From assembly GCA_012295275.1 (NCBI GenBank), contig CM022672.1:2976001-3040000 (forward strand): a stretch of 64,000 bases of DNA. The letters run 5' to 3'. Made by a program: the position numbers and the translations under genes. Below, piece after piece: positions 14,541 to 28,811 of the stretch. Position 1 is the stretch's first letter, and each line of letters starts with the position of its first letter. The notes under the pieces are model-generated. The model had not been told where the DNA came from. It did no database searches and saw only the letters and a program-made list of their open reading frames with translations. This DNA is from Chrysomallon squamiferum. Taxonomy: Eukaryota > Animalia > Mollusca.

Positions 14541-15169
14541 TAGAACTATTTAATTAATTAATAATAGAAGTAGCTATCGTTTTTGTTGTTTTAGTAGTTG
14601 TAGTAGTAGTTTTAAACCTTTCTTTTTTATATACACATTATAACTACATAGATATAGATAGATAGATAGATATAGATAGAGCGATAGACAGAAGAATTCC
14701 ATATATATTAAAACAACTGGCAAATGTCATCGTAAGGTATAGACAGATCCGTCTGAGAAATATTCAATCCAATATCGCTTAATATCGGAATAGAAATTAT
14801 ATAATTTGTCGGAAAACATTGGCGGTCGTCTTATTAAACGTCACAAACAGGAAAGTGACGACTGTAGCATGGTAACACCATGTCTGTGAAATCTTGACAA
14901 TCACAAAATAATAGATTACCAAGATGATCTATGCTTTCAGTAAACAGACGTCATCAGCGTGGTTGATATAATTTTATGACAGAAAAGAAAGAAAAGAGAG
15001 AAAAAAAAAAAAAAGCTGATAAATGCATACACTGGATGCTATCTCCTACTATCCTTGGTGTACCGTGACGCACATGAAGTGTTTGAACTCTTGCACAGTT
15101 TCATTATCTGACTGCTCAGAAACCATTGATATCTGCCGGTGACAAGTGACAGAATAGAACAGTAATTCT

Positions 15170-15500
15170 TAGAATCAGGGTTTCCAGAGGAATCAGAAAG
15201 TTTCGAATGTTCTTAATTAGTACGTTAGTACGTTAAGGTGCCGTGAAAAAAAAAAAAAAAAAATGTAAATTAGCAAACCCATTACCATCTCACTGCCTTG
15301 CATTTTCAACAATGAAGGAAACAATAAAAAAAAACTTACGAGCTTTAAGCTTCAATAGAATCAGAGTTTCTAGAGGCTTCATAAAGTTTCGGATGTTAGC
15401 ATAAAATGTCAGTGCAAATATCTAAATTTAAATTAGCATATTCTGGCTGGCGTTTTCAACAACGAAAGATCCGACGAACTGTAACTTTTATTACGTGAAG
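15170..15500. repeat. Old diverged tandem duplication (unit about 150-185 bp)
   Basis: TAGAATCAGRGTTTCYAGAGG...AAAGTTTCGRATGTT at 15170 and 15356, and CTGSCTKGCRTTTTCAACAAYGAARGA at 15293 and 15443, in the same order. Confidence 0.7.
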
Positions 15501-15917
15501 TCAAAGCCGAAGTTTCGATCGTCTGAAGTCTGTTTTCTGAATAAAAGAGTCGGACTCGCTCTGTCTCCCACTTACTGACGGTTTAGACAATACGCCCATA
15601 TACAACGCTAGATGCAACGGTAAACAGACAGGTATAATTACTGCAGTGATCAAATAAGGATTTTTTTTTTCACAGCGATGAATGTTTTGCAACATCTGTT
15701 CCAGATTAGAGGTAATTCGTCTCGACGTATTTCTCGACAACAATTCCCAATCTGATACGTGACAGAAATATTATCACCTACTCGCTTATAAAAGTGGGTT
15801 AATTGACGTGATAACGTTAGAGAACATTCATTTCCGAGAAAGCACTTTTTGTAGGTGCTGCTCCTTTCTTTTGGTTTCTATTTTTTTCTTTTATTCTTTT
15901 TTAATCTTTCTTTCTTG

Positions 15918-15979
<62 letters not shown>

Positions 15980-17572
15980 GATGTGTCGAATGTTTGTTGT
16001 ATACTTGCAACAGTTATCTCTCAATTCTTTTTGATTTACCGTTATTGCTGTGAATATGTAAGACTGTATTAATAAACAACACTTTGTGTGACAGTTTTAA
16101 ATAAAAGGAAATATATATGTATGTATTTTTATCAGAAAGTGTCCACTGACTTATCTACATCCATATCGAAGTTTGATGCAGTTAGGGTTACCTAGAAGCG
16201 ACCGACAAACCAATATACCTGTACGTATATAGAAATCTAAACAGAACAAAATAATACAAATTAAGTATTCCTAGGTACATTTGATCAAGAGTTATAGGCG
16301 CTTTATCGAGACCTGCTATTTCAGAAAAACGCATTTGATGGCTGTTTTTAATAGATGTTCGGCAAACGCGTATAAGGTTACAATCTGAAATATATATGAG
16401 CGGATTTCGTACGCTACAGACATCATACAAACTAAAAATTTATCTTCATTCCTAGAGTTACCTTTAAAATTACATGTCTAAGTAAATGATGTTTACACTA
16501 TCTGTTAATGCGTTTTGCAAATGATCCCTCAGTGTACTAACTGTTATTGTGTGCGGCCAGCGTTTAGAACAAGTTAAATGAGATTAGTTGTAAAATGAAT
16601 GACGAGCAACGAATGTCAACACACGAAGATTACGAATGACTCGTTTGCAAGACGCCGTTTCGTGAACCGAATAAGGGTCAGTTTTCAATTTTAAAAAAAA
16701 CAATCCAGCAAAGAAGAATTCGTTAATAAACATAAGTACATCTAGGTGACAGACATTCTGAAGACCAGCCAAGGAGAGAGCCTTTACTGTTGCATATACG
16801 AGTCAAGTCCAAAACACAGTTGTCAGAAATTGATTTAAATGAGGCTTTTTTAAGTGTGTAAAACGTATAACAGAGTTTCTGAGGAGATACTTATGGATGA
16901 CACCGTTCAAGTGTTTAAGAAAGAGAAGTATGACTGATGGATATTTATTATAAAAGATTCATACTGACAGACTGAATGGATTCCAGTGTCTCACGACAAA
17001 CTGGTGACGATTCTTCTAACGTCAGAAGGTCGAAGAAGTTGACAAGAATCTCTGAGACATGTTCTCAACATTTCAATTTTGGAATTCAAACCTGAATCGA
17101 AATTATTCATAACGAACGTGGGGAAAATCTTAAAACCACGAAACACAACATATATTTCTTCCTGAAAGTAACGTCTTTAATATGACTGTTTATTTATGAA
17201 ATGTACTTGGTAACTTCAGATTGCATTAAGCGCAGGATCAGAGTACAAAACATAAACCTTGTTTAAGAGATTTCTTTAATGCGTGACCATAAACATTAAA
17301 CAAAACTGTAATGAAAATAACGTATTAATCTTTCTTTCACATCAGTCTTTTTTGTCTTTCAGATCTGTTCATGCTGTGATTTCACGACAGTTTTTCCTTA
17401 CAAACGTTTATATCGTGGTTTTTCTCACCACTACTGCAAGATTCGCTACGGTGCTCTTCGACACTCAAAGAATCCGATAACCAATAACGATTAGACGTGG
17501 CCGCCTCACAAACCAGCACAGATTTATCACTTAGCTCTTCGTGTCAGCTAAAAAAAAATCCCACAGACTTAC

Positions 17573-17599
17573 CAGCGAGCAGACAAATATCAGTTTTAA
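17573..17599 (-). other. Candidate 27-nt cassette exon (TTAAAACTGATATTTGTCTGCTCGCTG)
   Basis: Flanked by the acceptor TCTGTTTGTTTTCTGCAG and the donor CTG|GTAAGT on the minus strand. Entered from a phase-2 donor it reads xxT-TAA (stop). Confidence 0.25.
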
Positions 17600-17652
17600 C
17601 TGCAGAAAACAAACAGATCAAATATCGATAATTAATTAATCAGTCATCTTAC

Positions 17653-17687
17653 CTTTCAAAGTCAAACAGTGATTTCCTGTGCGCCAT
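17653..17687 (-). CDS. Candidate short alternative first coding exon (MAHRKSLFDFE + AG)
   Basis: Good start context (GAAGATGG), 11 codons + 2 nt, and a strong donor AAG|GTAAGA. It ends in phase 2, like the 63.3 kb exon. There is no polypyrimidine acceptor just upstream, and it sits at the 3' end (minus strand) of a complex CpG-containing island (about 17700-18050). Too short to be certain. Confidence 0.45.
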
Positions 17688-18261
17688 CTTCTTCAAATCA
17701 ACAGACAGGCTAGCTTACTCTTACTCTCAAAAGCCATTAGGATAACACTCTAAATTTTCCACCGACCTGCTACTTAATCATTTTTCCGATCCAGGGTGAA
17801 GAGGAAGGACAAAAAAAAAAAAAAAAAGAAAGAAGCGAAAATAAGCCGAGCTACAGGTGCAATGATGTAAAAAGCGTTACGGCTGCGTTCTTTGACACTA
17901 ATGGAAGTAAGTGACACACTCCGTTAAGGTTTCGCAGTCTGGAAGCCAAAATTGCCGGCATTGTCATTAAGCTACAGCGACAATTGACGCACGCTGACGG
18001 CCAGTGAAGGCACTGATATCCAGAAATTAGTGTCGGATAATATAGCTTAAAAGAATTGCTTTTAGTTTGTCGCTGGCTTTCGGCGTTAAGTATTTCTCAT
18101 TATAATGGACGTTTTGTGTTCACTTACTTCAGTTTTGTTCAGCTTGTTCCTGGAGTTAATCATCATTTTCTGTTTCGTGCAATTCTGTAAAGTGTCTTTT
18201 ATAGCATATATACAAGCAATAGTAAGAAACAAATATATTTTGTCTCCATTTTCTTAACTGT

Positions 18262-18289
<28 letters not shown>

Positions 18290-18292
<3 letters not shown>

Positions 18293-18329
18293 TCTTCTTC
18301 TTCTTCTTCTTCTTCTTCTTCTTCTTCTT

Positions 18330-18401
<72 letters not shown>

Positions 18402-18416
18402 GTTATTATTATTATT
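18290..18416. repeat. (TTC)n(TTA)n compound microsatellite
   Basis: Directly visible. Confidence 0.95.
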
Positions 18417-19979
18417 ATATTTTTACCAGGGTATACATTAATATGTTATGATGCACATTATTAATATGAAATCATCAGTAGAAAAGATCAGGTTACAAGT
18501 AAAAAATCGTGATCTTTGCAACAAAAGATATATTAAATTCGAGAAGGTATTACAACGAATAAACAAGAATTGTCAAATCAGGAACTGCTAATTACATAGT
18601 ACACAAATCACTGTTAACATAAAAGTACATACTGTAAACAAACCGCATGATTAAATATACAATGGCAAAGGCAGTGAACAGAATCCAGTAAAGTAATTTT
18701 TAAAATATAAAAAAAAAAAAAAAAAAGACATTATTGGTTCATTTCTTTACAAAAAAAAAAAAAAAAAAAAATGTAAGCAAGTTATTGCCATTCTCTATTT
18801 ATTTATTTATTATTGTTACTGCTATTGTTGCTGCTGCTGCTGTTGTTATTGTTGTTGTTGGCAACGTTTTCAGTCTTTATAATTGTCATAATGATTAAAG
18901 AAATGATAGAAATCAATACTGCGAAGATAAAAATGGTCAATAAAGTTTCATTCTATTCTGTTATTGTTTCCCTTGTTGTTCGAGCTTATTTGTCACAGAG
19001 AAGAAATAGAGCAATGACCCTCTACACTAAACAACATATTTGTAGTCAAGATAGCTGGAACACAATGTCAAAAAAGACTGTGTCTTACGTCTCGATCAAT
19101 ACGAAATGCATATCCGGTTCAGAAAGAGTTACCGTCTCAAGTGATACTGTTAAGAAAATGAACCCCAGTAATTATATATATATATAAATTTATAATCTTC
19201 AAATAATATGTTAATTTAGGTAAAGTATAATAACTAAGACAAAATTTGTATAAGTGCATAATGATCGTTTTATGCAAATAAGTCCAAACTCCCAGGACAA
19301 AACGTTATATATTTCTTTTTTCTTTTAATGATACATTTTCAACATAAACCACGGACAATAAATTAATAAAAGATTTAGTAACGTAGTTGTCAACAAGATG
19401 ATATTTTAGAATGGTATTGCATATTTTAAGGGTACATTGTTGTTATAATTAATTAAGACAGAAACGTACCAAAAAATAATAATAATAATAACAAAAAAAA
19501 AATTAAAATAGGGGAAATTTTTAAAAGAAAGAAAGAAAGTAAGAATAACGAGTAAAATATAATTTATGATTTATTTATACTATTTCTGTTAAAGAATATT
19601 CCTGACATTTTATCTCCTGATGTTTGTGACAAAGTTCATAATGAATTCTTGAAAATCAAGAAGTTGTATAGTTTCTAAATATTTGTTAGCAATGTAAATG
19701 ATTCTATTCAAAATGAAATGTTAGTACAAATATAATAGTTATTTTTCTGCCGTCAGTGTTTATCGTGTAATCATTTGTTAACTGAAGAACATATTAAACT
19801 AAAAAAATAAAAAAAAATAAAAAAAAAATAAAATAAAAAAATAAATAAATAAAAGTGGGTAAAAGACTGAGCCAAGAAAGATAACTCGCATGAAAAAAAA
19901 AAAATACATATTTTTTATTGTAGCGGAAGCAAAAAGTCCGAACAGCTTGATCCTCAAACAAGCATTGTATGGTAATATG

Positions 19980-19984
<5 letters not shown>

Positions 19985-20058
<74 letters not shown>

Positions 20059-20062
20059 AGAG
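19985..20062. repeat. (AG)n microsatellite
   Basis: Directly visible. Confidence 0.95.
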
Positions 20063-21479
20063 AACAATTAATATACAGTTTGTCTTGTCTTTTATTTCGT
20101 TATCACATACGTGTATTTTAACTCTGTACATCATACCGGGAAATAAGTAACAATTTGAAAGGACTGAATTATGTCATAATGGTTCATTCTGATACCGTTT
20201 CCTCTTCATATTTCGTGTAGTTAATTATGTATGCCTAGTTTAATTTTGCTAATGCCGAAAATATCAGAATCCATTTATTTTGATAAAATATGTGTTAAAA
20301 GAAACGGAAAGATAGCATGAAAATGTGGTTAATAACGAAATATTTACAATCACAATACTGATAGCTAATTATCTCTCACTATTCTGGATCGAAAACACCG
20401 TTCAATGTGTTTTCCATCAAAATTTAAAAATCGAAGAACTGTGGAAGCATGATATTATTGTGCTCGTAAGTCGAAAATGTGGTTTAATCACTTAACTGAT
20501 GTGAAGATTTGTATTTCTCTCTATAAATATTTCTCTTTGCTGTTACAGAAGTAATGAATTGTCTTTTATGTTATTTTTTGTTAATTTATTTTATTTTATT
20601 TTACTTTTATTTTTTATTATTGTTGTTGTTTTTGTTGTGATTTACTTGCGAAGGGCTTTTTTTATTATTATAGTCGTTGTTATTGGTTTTTGTTTGTTTT
20701 GTAAAACGCAAAATAACGAATATATGTTTTATCGACGTATCTATCATTTTGAAATTACGACGTAACAGGAATGCCGTAACCGACATTTTCCCTCTCACAA
20801 GAAAATCTTACTTACAACCATTAAAATATCCAATCTGGTGGTTCTCAACGGAATTAGAACATCTAATCGGATTATCGACGATGTATGATTTGAAATAAAG
20901 TATAAATATCCTTGCTTACAATGAACATATTTCACTTCCTTCAATAAAAAAAAAGTCCAAGATCGATAACTCCTGCATTCCTGGTTAATTTACTGTTGGT
21001 AGGGGGGGGTATATTACTGAAGAATTAAAGAAACTAGAAACTTAATCTTAGTTACATATCAAAATATGTACATTTCATGGATACCCAAACTTCAGTGTAT
21101 AAATAAACGAGAAATGTTGTGGTTTTTTTTAATAATGAAACATAATTATACATCCCGACTATTATCAAATTGAGGGCACCGTTAAATAAAACATTTTCTT
21201 TCCTTGCTTTTATTTAATTTATATTTATAAACACTATTCTGACCTAAACACAGCTTTATTCTTTTTTGTGTTTCATGCATCACAAAATAATGGAGCACAG
21301 AATCGTCATAATTATTTTCATTGATCTAACTCTGTATGAAACAAATACTAGTACAAACCAAAAGTCTTCCATCCTCGATGCAAATAACATTTCAGATTGC
21401 TAATTAAAGGAGAGAATTTGCGGTACATTTGTGATTTTAACTGACACCGAGGAACGGGTTAGAACTGGAAATAACAAAA

Positions 21480-21555
21480 CTGACGTGAGGATTCGTGCTG
21501 CCGACAGCCAAAACTTACACGAGCGCTCTAACCACTCGATCTACAGCGTGCATCC
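21480..21555 (-). mobile_element. tRNA-like SINE head remnant
   Basis: The minus strand reads GCTGTAGATCGAGTGGTTAGAGCGCTCG...CACGAATCCT: an A-box-like motif, a D-arm-like segment and a degenerate B box. No intact cloverleaf. Confidence 0.4.
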
Positions 21556-21595
21556 TGTCACACATTTGTTATTTCATTCCTAAACATGAAATAAA

Positions 21596-21626
<31 letters not shown>

Positions 21627-22131
21627 ATGAGACGTAAAATAAAAATCAGTAAAATACTGTAATAAAAATATTAATAATCTGTACTAGTAGTGACAGCGGT
21701 ATTTCAAATACATCATGTGATAACAGTTATTATAAAAATTAAATTTAAAAAAAAAAAAAGAGAGAGAGAGAAAAAGAACAGAAAGGAAGTAAAGACTAAA
21801 ATACAATAATTTAAATCGAAGAAAGTTAATTGCTCCATATCGTCTGTTATGTAGGTTACCTTGGAAACACAATAAAGGAAGAGAACAACAACAAAAAAAT
21901 GAGTATAATTAAGAATTCTATATCAACTACACGCATAATGTTTATTGAATTTTTATGTTTATTACTAAATCGTATGTTTCGTATCCACTTTAACTACGTT
22001 GTAAGAAAACACACGATGATTTCATTAAATCTGTGTATTTATATTTCGTCCATTGGAATAACTAGTTCATCAGTTAAATGTAGAGTTTTATTTTTTTTAT
22101 TACTTTTATACACGCACACAGTCACAACAGT

Positions 22132-22255
22132 ATAGCAGTAGTAATAGTAGTAGTAGTAGTAGTAGTAGTAGTTGTTGTTGTTGTAGTAGTCGTAATAACA
22201 GTAGTAGTACAGTAGTAGTAATAGTAGAGTAGTAGTTGTGGTAGTAGTAGTAGTA

Positions 22256-22286
<31 letters not shown>

Positions 22287-22440
22287 CAGCAGCAGCAGTA
22301 GTAGTAGTAGTAACAGCAGCAGTAGTAGTAGTAGTAGTAATGCTTGGTAGAAGTAGGTAGTAATAGTAGCAGCAGCAGTAGTAGTAATATAGTAATATGC
22401 TGTACCAGTATTAGTGTAATAGTAGTAGTTGTTGTTGTTA
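22132..22440. repeat. Degenerate (TAG)/(CAG)/(TTG)n repeat
   Basis: Directly visible. Confidence 0.9.
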
Positions 22441-22970
22441 TATATTCAGTGAAAGACAAAGTGAGAGAAACAGAGAAGGAAAGATAGACAGACACACAGC
22501 CACACAGACAGAAGGAGAGATTGACAAACAGCCTTAACGTCAGCATCTTCCGCAACACATTTAAACCATTAATATCCAAGCGATTTTTGTTTATCTTTCT
22601 TTTTTTTTCTTTTTTTTTCTTTTCTAGTCGTTCTATTTTTTGACACTAAACTGTCATACATTTGTCTCTAACGTGGCGATTGCAGACAACATGTGATAAC
22701 TAGTAGGAGACAGTTTGAAACTGTCGGCGGCTTTCTCTGATGGTATTTTCCGGACTGTGTTAAGCGCTTCAATTATGTGCTGACATTTTTTTTTTCCTTC
22801 AGTCGTATTCACCGCCGGGTTTCTGCGTATGAAAATGTCGATTAGGAAATGATAATAAAGGATGAGAAAGGAAAAAAGAAATAAAATGTTTGACGAGTTA
22901 AACAAACAAACAAAAAAACACAATAAAAAACAACAATAATAACAACAAAAATATAAATAAAAATAAAAAA

Positions 22971-23006
<36 letters not shown>

Positions 23007-23091
23007 GCTGCTGCTGCTTCTGCTACTACTGCTGCTGCTGCTACTACTACTACTACTACTACTTCAGCTGCTGCTACTACTGCTGCTGCTG

Positions 23092-23166
<75 letters not shown>

Positions 23167-23328
23167 CGAAAGAAAGAAAAAAGAAAACGTTATGACGCGT
23201 TAACAACGAAATAACGACACATTATAACTGTACTATTAGTGGCAGTTGTAGTAGTAGTTGTTGTTGTTGTTGTTATTGTTGTTGTTGTTTTAATAATAGT
23301 CTTAGTAATAGCGATAGCAGCAGCAGCC

Positions 23329-23370
<42 letters not shown>

Positions 23371-23512
23371 TTTGTTGTTGTTGTTGTTGTTGTTGTTGTA
23401 ATAGTAGTGGCAACAGTAGAAAATGTAGCCGAAGCAGCAGCAGGTGTATTGCTAAAGCAACTCCTAAAAAACTACTACTCTAAATATTATTAATGTTGTC
23501 GTTAGTGTACGT

Positions 23513-23561
<49 letters not shown>

Positions 23562-23570
23562 CATCATCAT
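22971..23570. repeat. Cluster of (CTA)/(CTG), (AAT), (TAG)/(TTG) and (TTA) trinucleotide repeats
   Basis: Directly visible. Confidence 0.9.
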
Positions 23571-24067
23571 TATTCTCCAAAATAAACTATCATTCTTTCC
23601 AATCTTTTCATTAAATAAGTTATCTTTGTAATTACATCTTGAGATAATCAATTTTACAAAATAGTTTTTTCTTCTGCTTTATACTGGCTTTTTTTTAATT
23701 ATTTTATTTTATTTTATTTATTTTATTTTATTTTATTTTATTTAAAATCGGAGGGTAAAATTTTTTGGTAGTGGGCGGAGGTTCACGAAACGTATGAAAC
23801 GACGACGAGTCTATTTCGGTTGTTCTCGGAATTGTCTTCGTGCCTCTTTTCACAATGTTTTCTACACAACTAGTCAACGGTAAGTTAATTCAATTCAGTG
23901 CTCGTCTCAAAAAAGACTCAGTTCGCTGCGACATTTTGATCCCCGTCTCACAAGACCACTTAGCGTGTTATGATTTTCATATTTGCACAATAAAAAAAAA
24001 TAAGAGAAATCTACGCTTAGTTACCATAGTTATTTGGTTCCGTTCAACGAAATATTGAAAAAATATA

Positions 24068-24098
<31 letters not shown>

Positions 24099-24435
24099 AC
24101 TCTTTCAAAAAAGTAAAAGAAATATAAACAAATTTATATTGATTTTTGTGCTCGTGGAAAATATTGAGTTAAAAATTCATGATACTATCACGGAACTACT
24201 TTTAAATTGATTTTGCTAACCTTTCAAGATTCAGCTACAAAACATTTTAAATAATTTTTTTTAAAAGGAGGAATCGTTAAGTTTGCATTCTGTAATACAA
24301 ATATAGAAGCAGTATGTTATTTAAATCAAATTTTTATTTCTACGGTTTGCTAATAACTATGATTTCACTTGTTTTGGAAAAATATAAAGATAATAATAAG
24401 AAAAAGAAGAAGATGAAGAATTGTTATTATTGTTG

Positions 24436-24506
<71 letters not shown>

Positions 24507-25209
24507 AAAATCATTATAACATAAACGACAAAATAATATAGTAAAACATCATCGTATGCAGTTATAATAATTATTTTACTTTTATAAAACATCAGGAAAC
24601 TTACATTATTGTCGTAATTTATTATCAGCAAATTTTGGTCGCCAGTAATAAATTAAATAATAAGATTTCCTGTATCGGATATACATTATAAATTAATTAA
24701 CTCTTTATGTACTCATTTTATTTCATACATAGGATAGATATTAATCTGCTTGAAATAACAGTTATTATTCAGACGTTTCAATATATTAGGTAATTATTTA
24801 AGAAATCAGATTTCTAGACAAAGCATAAAGAAACGAGTAAAAGAGAACATTAGAATCTAATTTAATTATTTTAAAATGAAATCGCTCTAAATCTAATAGT
24901 GAAAGGAATTAATTTCTGTTGGTTTTAGAAAGGAGGCGGGGTTTCGTTTTCTTCTTGTTTTTTTTTTTGTTTTTTTTTGTTGTGTTTTTTTTGGTTTTTT
25001 GTTGTTGTGTTTTGATTTTTTTTTTTTATTATTTTGACTACAAAGTAATGTTCCTTGAATACCAGACCAATATTTAATGATGAGAAAATGCAGCAATTAT
25101 TAAAACAATTAATCTAAGTTATTGCTATTACTCTGTCTCTTTGATAAACACGTACAGACAAACAAATTGTGTTCAGACTTTATTATTTTCTCATTGTATA
25201 CATACATAC

Positions 25210-25360
<151 letters not shown>

Positions 25361-25947
25361 CAAATATCTGCAAAAATAGAGGCACAGACGTCGGGTACAC
25401 AGAAAATGTTGAGAACACCGTGACACAAGCATCTCCATTAACCGCCCCGACGCATTTTTCCAAGACCTCTTAAACACTTTAGTGAAGATGTTTTTTTTAA
25501 TTCATCCGTGAATGCACATTTCATCAGCAGTGAAAACAAGGTTAAGGGAAAGAAAATGATTGGTAAAGATATTTGGTGACAAAATGTCGATATCGCCCCC
25601 GTCTTTTTAACAAAACGTAATTTCAGAAAAAGTGGCCTTTCATGACTTTTGGATGGTCGTTTAACTTCGATTTCGTTTTATATTTGAATTCCAGGCAGAG
25701 CCTAAGAACGAAAGAAGAAGAAGAGAAAGAAGAAGAAGAAAGAGACTGAGAGGGAAGGAGAAGGACAATATAAAACTATTAATTAAGCCTGGAAAATCTG
25801 GAACAGAGAAAAAGAGGAGAGTCAGGTAAAAGAATTAAGTGTAACGTGTCAGTGGTTGATGGATCGTGAAAAGGTAACGGCGACATTGTTAAATATAAAA
25901 ATAATGAAATACGAACAAGTAAAAGGTCGAGTAGAGATCTGGATGAC

Positions 25948-26013
25948 AAGACAGGAAGGTAAGGAATGGAGGAGAAGACAGGAAGGTAAGGAATGGAGGA
26001 GAAGACAGGAAGG
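25948..26013. repeat. 27-bp tandem repeat, about 2.4 copies
   Basis: AAGACAGGAAGGTAAGGAATGGAGGAG at 25948 and 25975, partial at 26002. Confidence 0.9.
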
Positions 26014-26502
26014 GAAAAAATTGACGGATTAAAATTAGGGAGAGAAAGAGCGAACGAAAAGAAAGGAATGGTAGATGATAAAACAGAAAGAAAGGGACAT
26101 GTTGATACTTGCAAGAAAAAGAAAGAACATTGGTTTTATCGATTGTGTTACACGCTAACTAATTATTTTCATTACTAATTTACCGGTAACACCTTCATGA
26201 TTATACGTAGAATACTCTTTAAATAGTTATTAACATGTTACATTTAGTTCACTTAAAACAAAGTAAAGTTCACTGTGTTAGCTCTACGAAGGTTCTTAGG
26301 TCATATTACAGTAGAGCTCTAGAAAAGGAAAGGAATAAGTTCACATAAGCCAAACGTTTGTTTCAGCTGTAACGATCTAAGATTAATTTAAAGTGCTTAT
26401 CACCAATATGGTCTAATCCACACAAATATCAATGATACTGGTATTGATACATTCAGTGTTGAAGTTATTAAAATGTATGTGTATATATGTGTGATGATAA
26501 TG

Positions 26503-26537
<35 letters not shown>

Positions 26538-28548
26538 CATAATCATAATCATAATAATAATTTCCTCGTATCAGTTAATAACAACAACAAAAAACAATAA
26601 CAGTAATAAAGCATAGAAAATCATTTGTCTACCACCATAATTAATGTCATGATCTTTTTCGCATCTGACTGCTGAGGCAGTTCGCAGTCTTGTCATCTGA
26701 CATTTTATCTGTCTGTGGCTTGTGTACTCTCTTAACGCTTCTGTTGAAAGAATATGCCATTTTCAATTATACAGCTGTCTCCTTTAGTCTCCAGATTTAT
26801 GGACTTTACGTATATTAGGTACCATCTTGGCTGACCATTACTGAGAGCACAAAAGCCAAGACTTCATCACCCAGAATGTCTTCAGGACATATCCTTAGAA
26901 AGTAATTCACAGACTTCCGAGACGACGTTTGTCCTGGAGATGAGAGGGGCAACGTCAAAGAAAGACGACGTCAACAACAGCGATTAAAAAAAGTAGGTGG
27001 TTAACGCTGCCTAAGGATAACTCGAATTTTTTAATTAGCAATTAAATGAACGTTTTCCCCAAGTTCAAAGTGTTTAATAATAAATAATAATAACACTAAG
27101 ATAATAAAGAGAATTATTTATACGTTCCAGTGATGGTTGTTTTGTGGTGACGTGCTTAAAGATCGGTGTAAATTATACAGGTTGTTTTCATGTTTATATA
27201 TGAATACATTATACGATGTTTCTTTCGTCTGAATAATCAGTTAAATTAACCCACGTCGCGCCGTTTTCAAAGAACATCGCATCTTAGCTTCGTGTAAAAA
27301 CAAATTATCGCTAACAACGTAACTGCGACGTCTATGACTGTCATCCTAACTGGTGAAGAATTCAGTCTGTTACTGAGCAGAATATGTATTTATTTTTCTA
27401 ACCTGTACTCAGATCATTCAGTATTCATTATTTGCGAAGCATAAATTTTAGGTCTTTTTTTTTTTTTATGTATGTTCTATGAAACAGTTTTTTTAACCGT
27501 TTCTTTGTGATATGCTATTATGTAGAAAGTTTGTCTGAAATAATTTTAGAATATTTTATGAGGTAATTTATCATGTCTGTCGAATTATTGTTTCGTGGTG
27601 GGGTTCATACGTGTCTGCATATGTGTGTATGTGTGTGTGCGTGTGTGTGTGCATTTAATAATCGTTTAAAGAATGAATTTTTCATGCTGTTTCTTACATT
27701 TAGAAGGATCATATGTCTTGTTTTCCACTTATAACTGCGACTGTCACTTATATTTATTTTTGTTTATTCATTTAATTTGTTGTTATTGATTTTAGGCGAA
27801 CTGAGTACAGATAAAAATGGGAGGGCATCTAGTTCCAAAACAATAATTATTCACACCGATATTTTATTATTTGCCTTTATTAAGTTGAACTAACTGGAAC
27901 AGCATCATTTTCACGTTTCATCAGAACCTCTAAGTTTGAGAACAAATCAGACACTGGCGTCACGTGCTGAGAAAAAGGGAGACAAAAAAAAAAAAAATAA
28001 TAATGTGAAGACAAAAGCATCGAACCGCAAACGAAAATGATGCATAAACTCCCTTTCATGTTTTCATAACGTTATATTTTTCAAAACGCTGCTAATTCGC
28101 ATAACGCTTAACAAATGTCTTTCAGGTGCGTAACATCATAATCAGATGCAGGAACTAATCCTAATTTAACCGGGTAAAGCGTTACACCATCGTACCATTC
28201 ACTCCTCACAGCAGAACCTCCGAATCAACAAGACACGGATAAAGGACTTCAGGGCTGAATAGATAAAACATATTCAAGAAATGTGAGTGCACGACAGACC
28301 TGCTTCTAACACTGAGACGGACGCAGGAACTTCACAAATTGGTTGATTGATCGATGACTTGTATGTGAGGTTAAGCTCTTATATAGCTTCACAATGCCAT
28401 CTAGACCAATGCTAAAGCAATATCCGGTAGAACCCGAGGCGAGGCAAAAAAGGAAGGCGATAGCTAATTGAAGCATGCCATTTGAACGTGATTGTATGAC
28501 GTTCTGTGAATTTCGTTTCAGAGATCGACAAAAAAAAAAAATGTTTAT

Positions 28549-28811
28549 ATATTTTGCTGAATTTAGTTCTTGCTTAACAGTACGAACATAATGGAATCTT
28601 TCTTTCTTTTTATTTTTGATTTTATTTTTTTTTTTTTTATTTTTTTTATTTTTATTTTTATTTTTTTTATTTTTATTTTATATTATTATTATTAATATTT
28701 TTTTTTTTTTTATTTCATATTATTATTTTTTTGTTGTTGTTGTTAATGAATATTTTGCTGAATTTAGTTTTTGCTTAACGGTGCGAGGATAACGGTATCT
28801 CTCTTTCTTTT
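28549..28811. repeat. About 62-bp diverged direct repeat separated by a T-rich tract
   Basis: ATATTTTGCTGAATTTAGTTYTTGCTTAACRGTRCGA... at 28549 and 28750. Confidence 0.85.

Noticed and set aside
19089-19111. Further minus-strand ATG..GTAAGA phase-2 segments (MHFVLIE here; MCNVSASMW near 45840-45868)
   Set aside because: Weak donor and start contexts and very short. They show the chance rate of this pattern.
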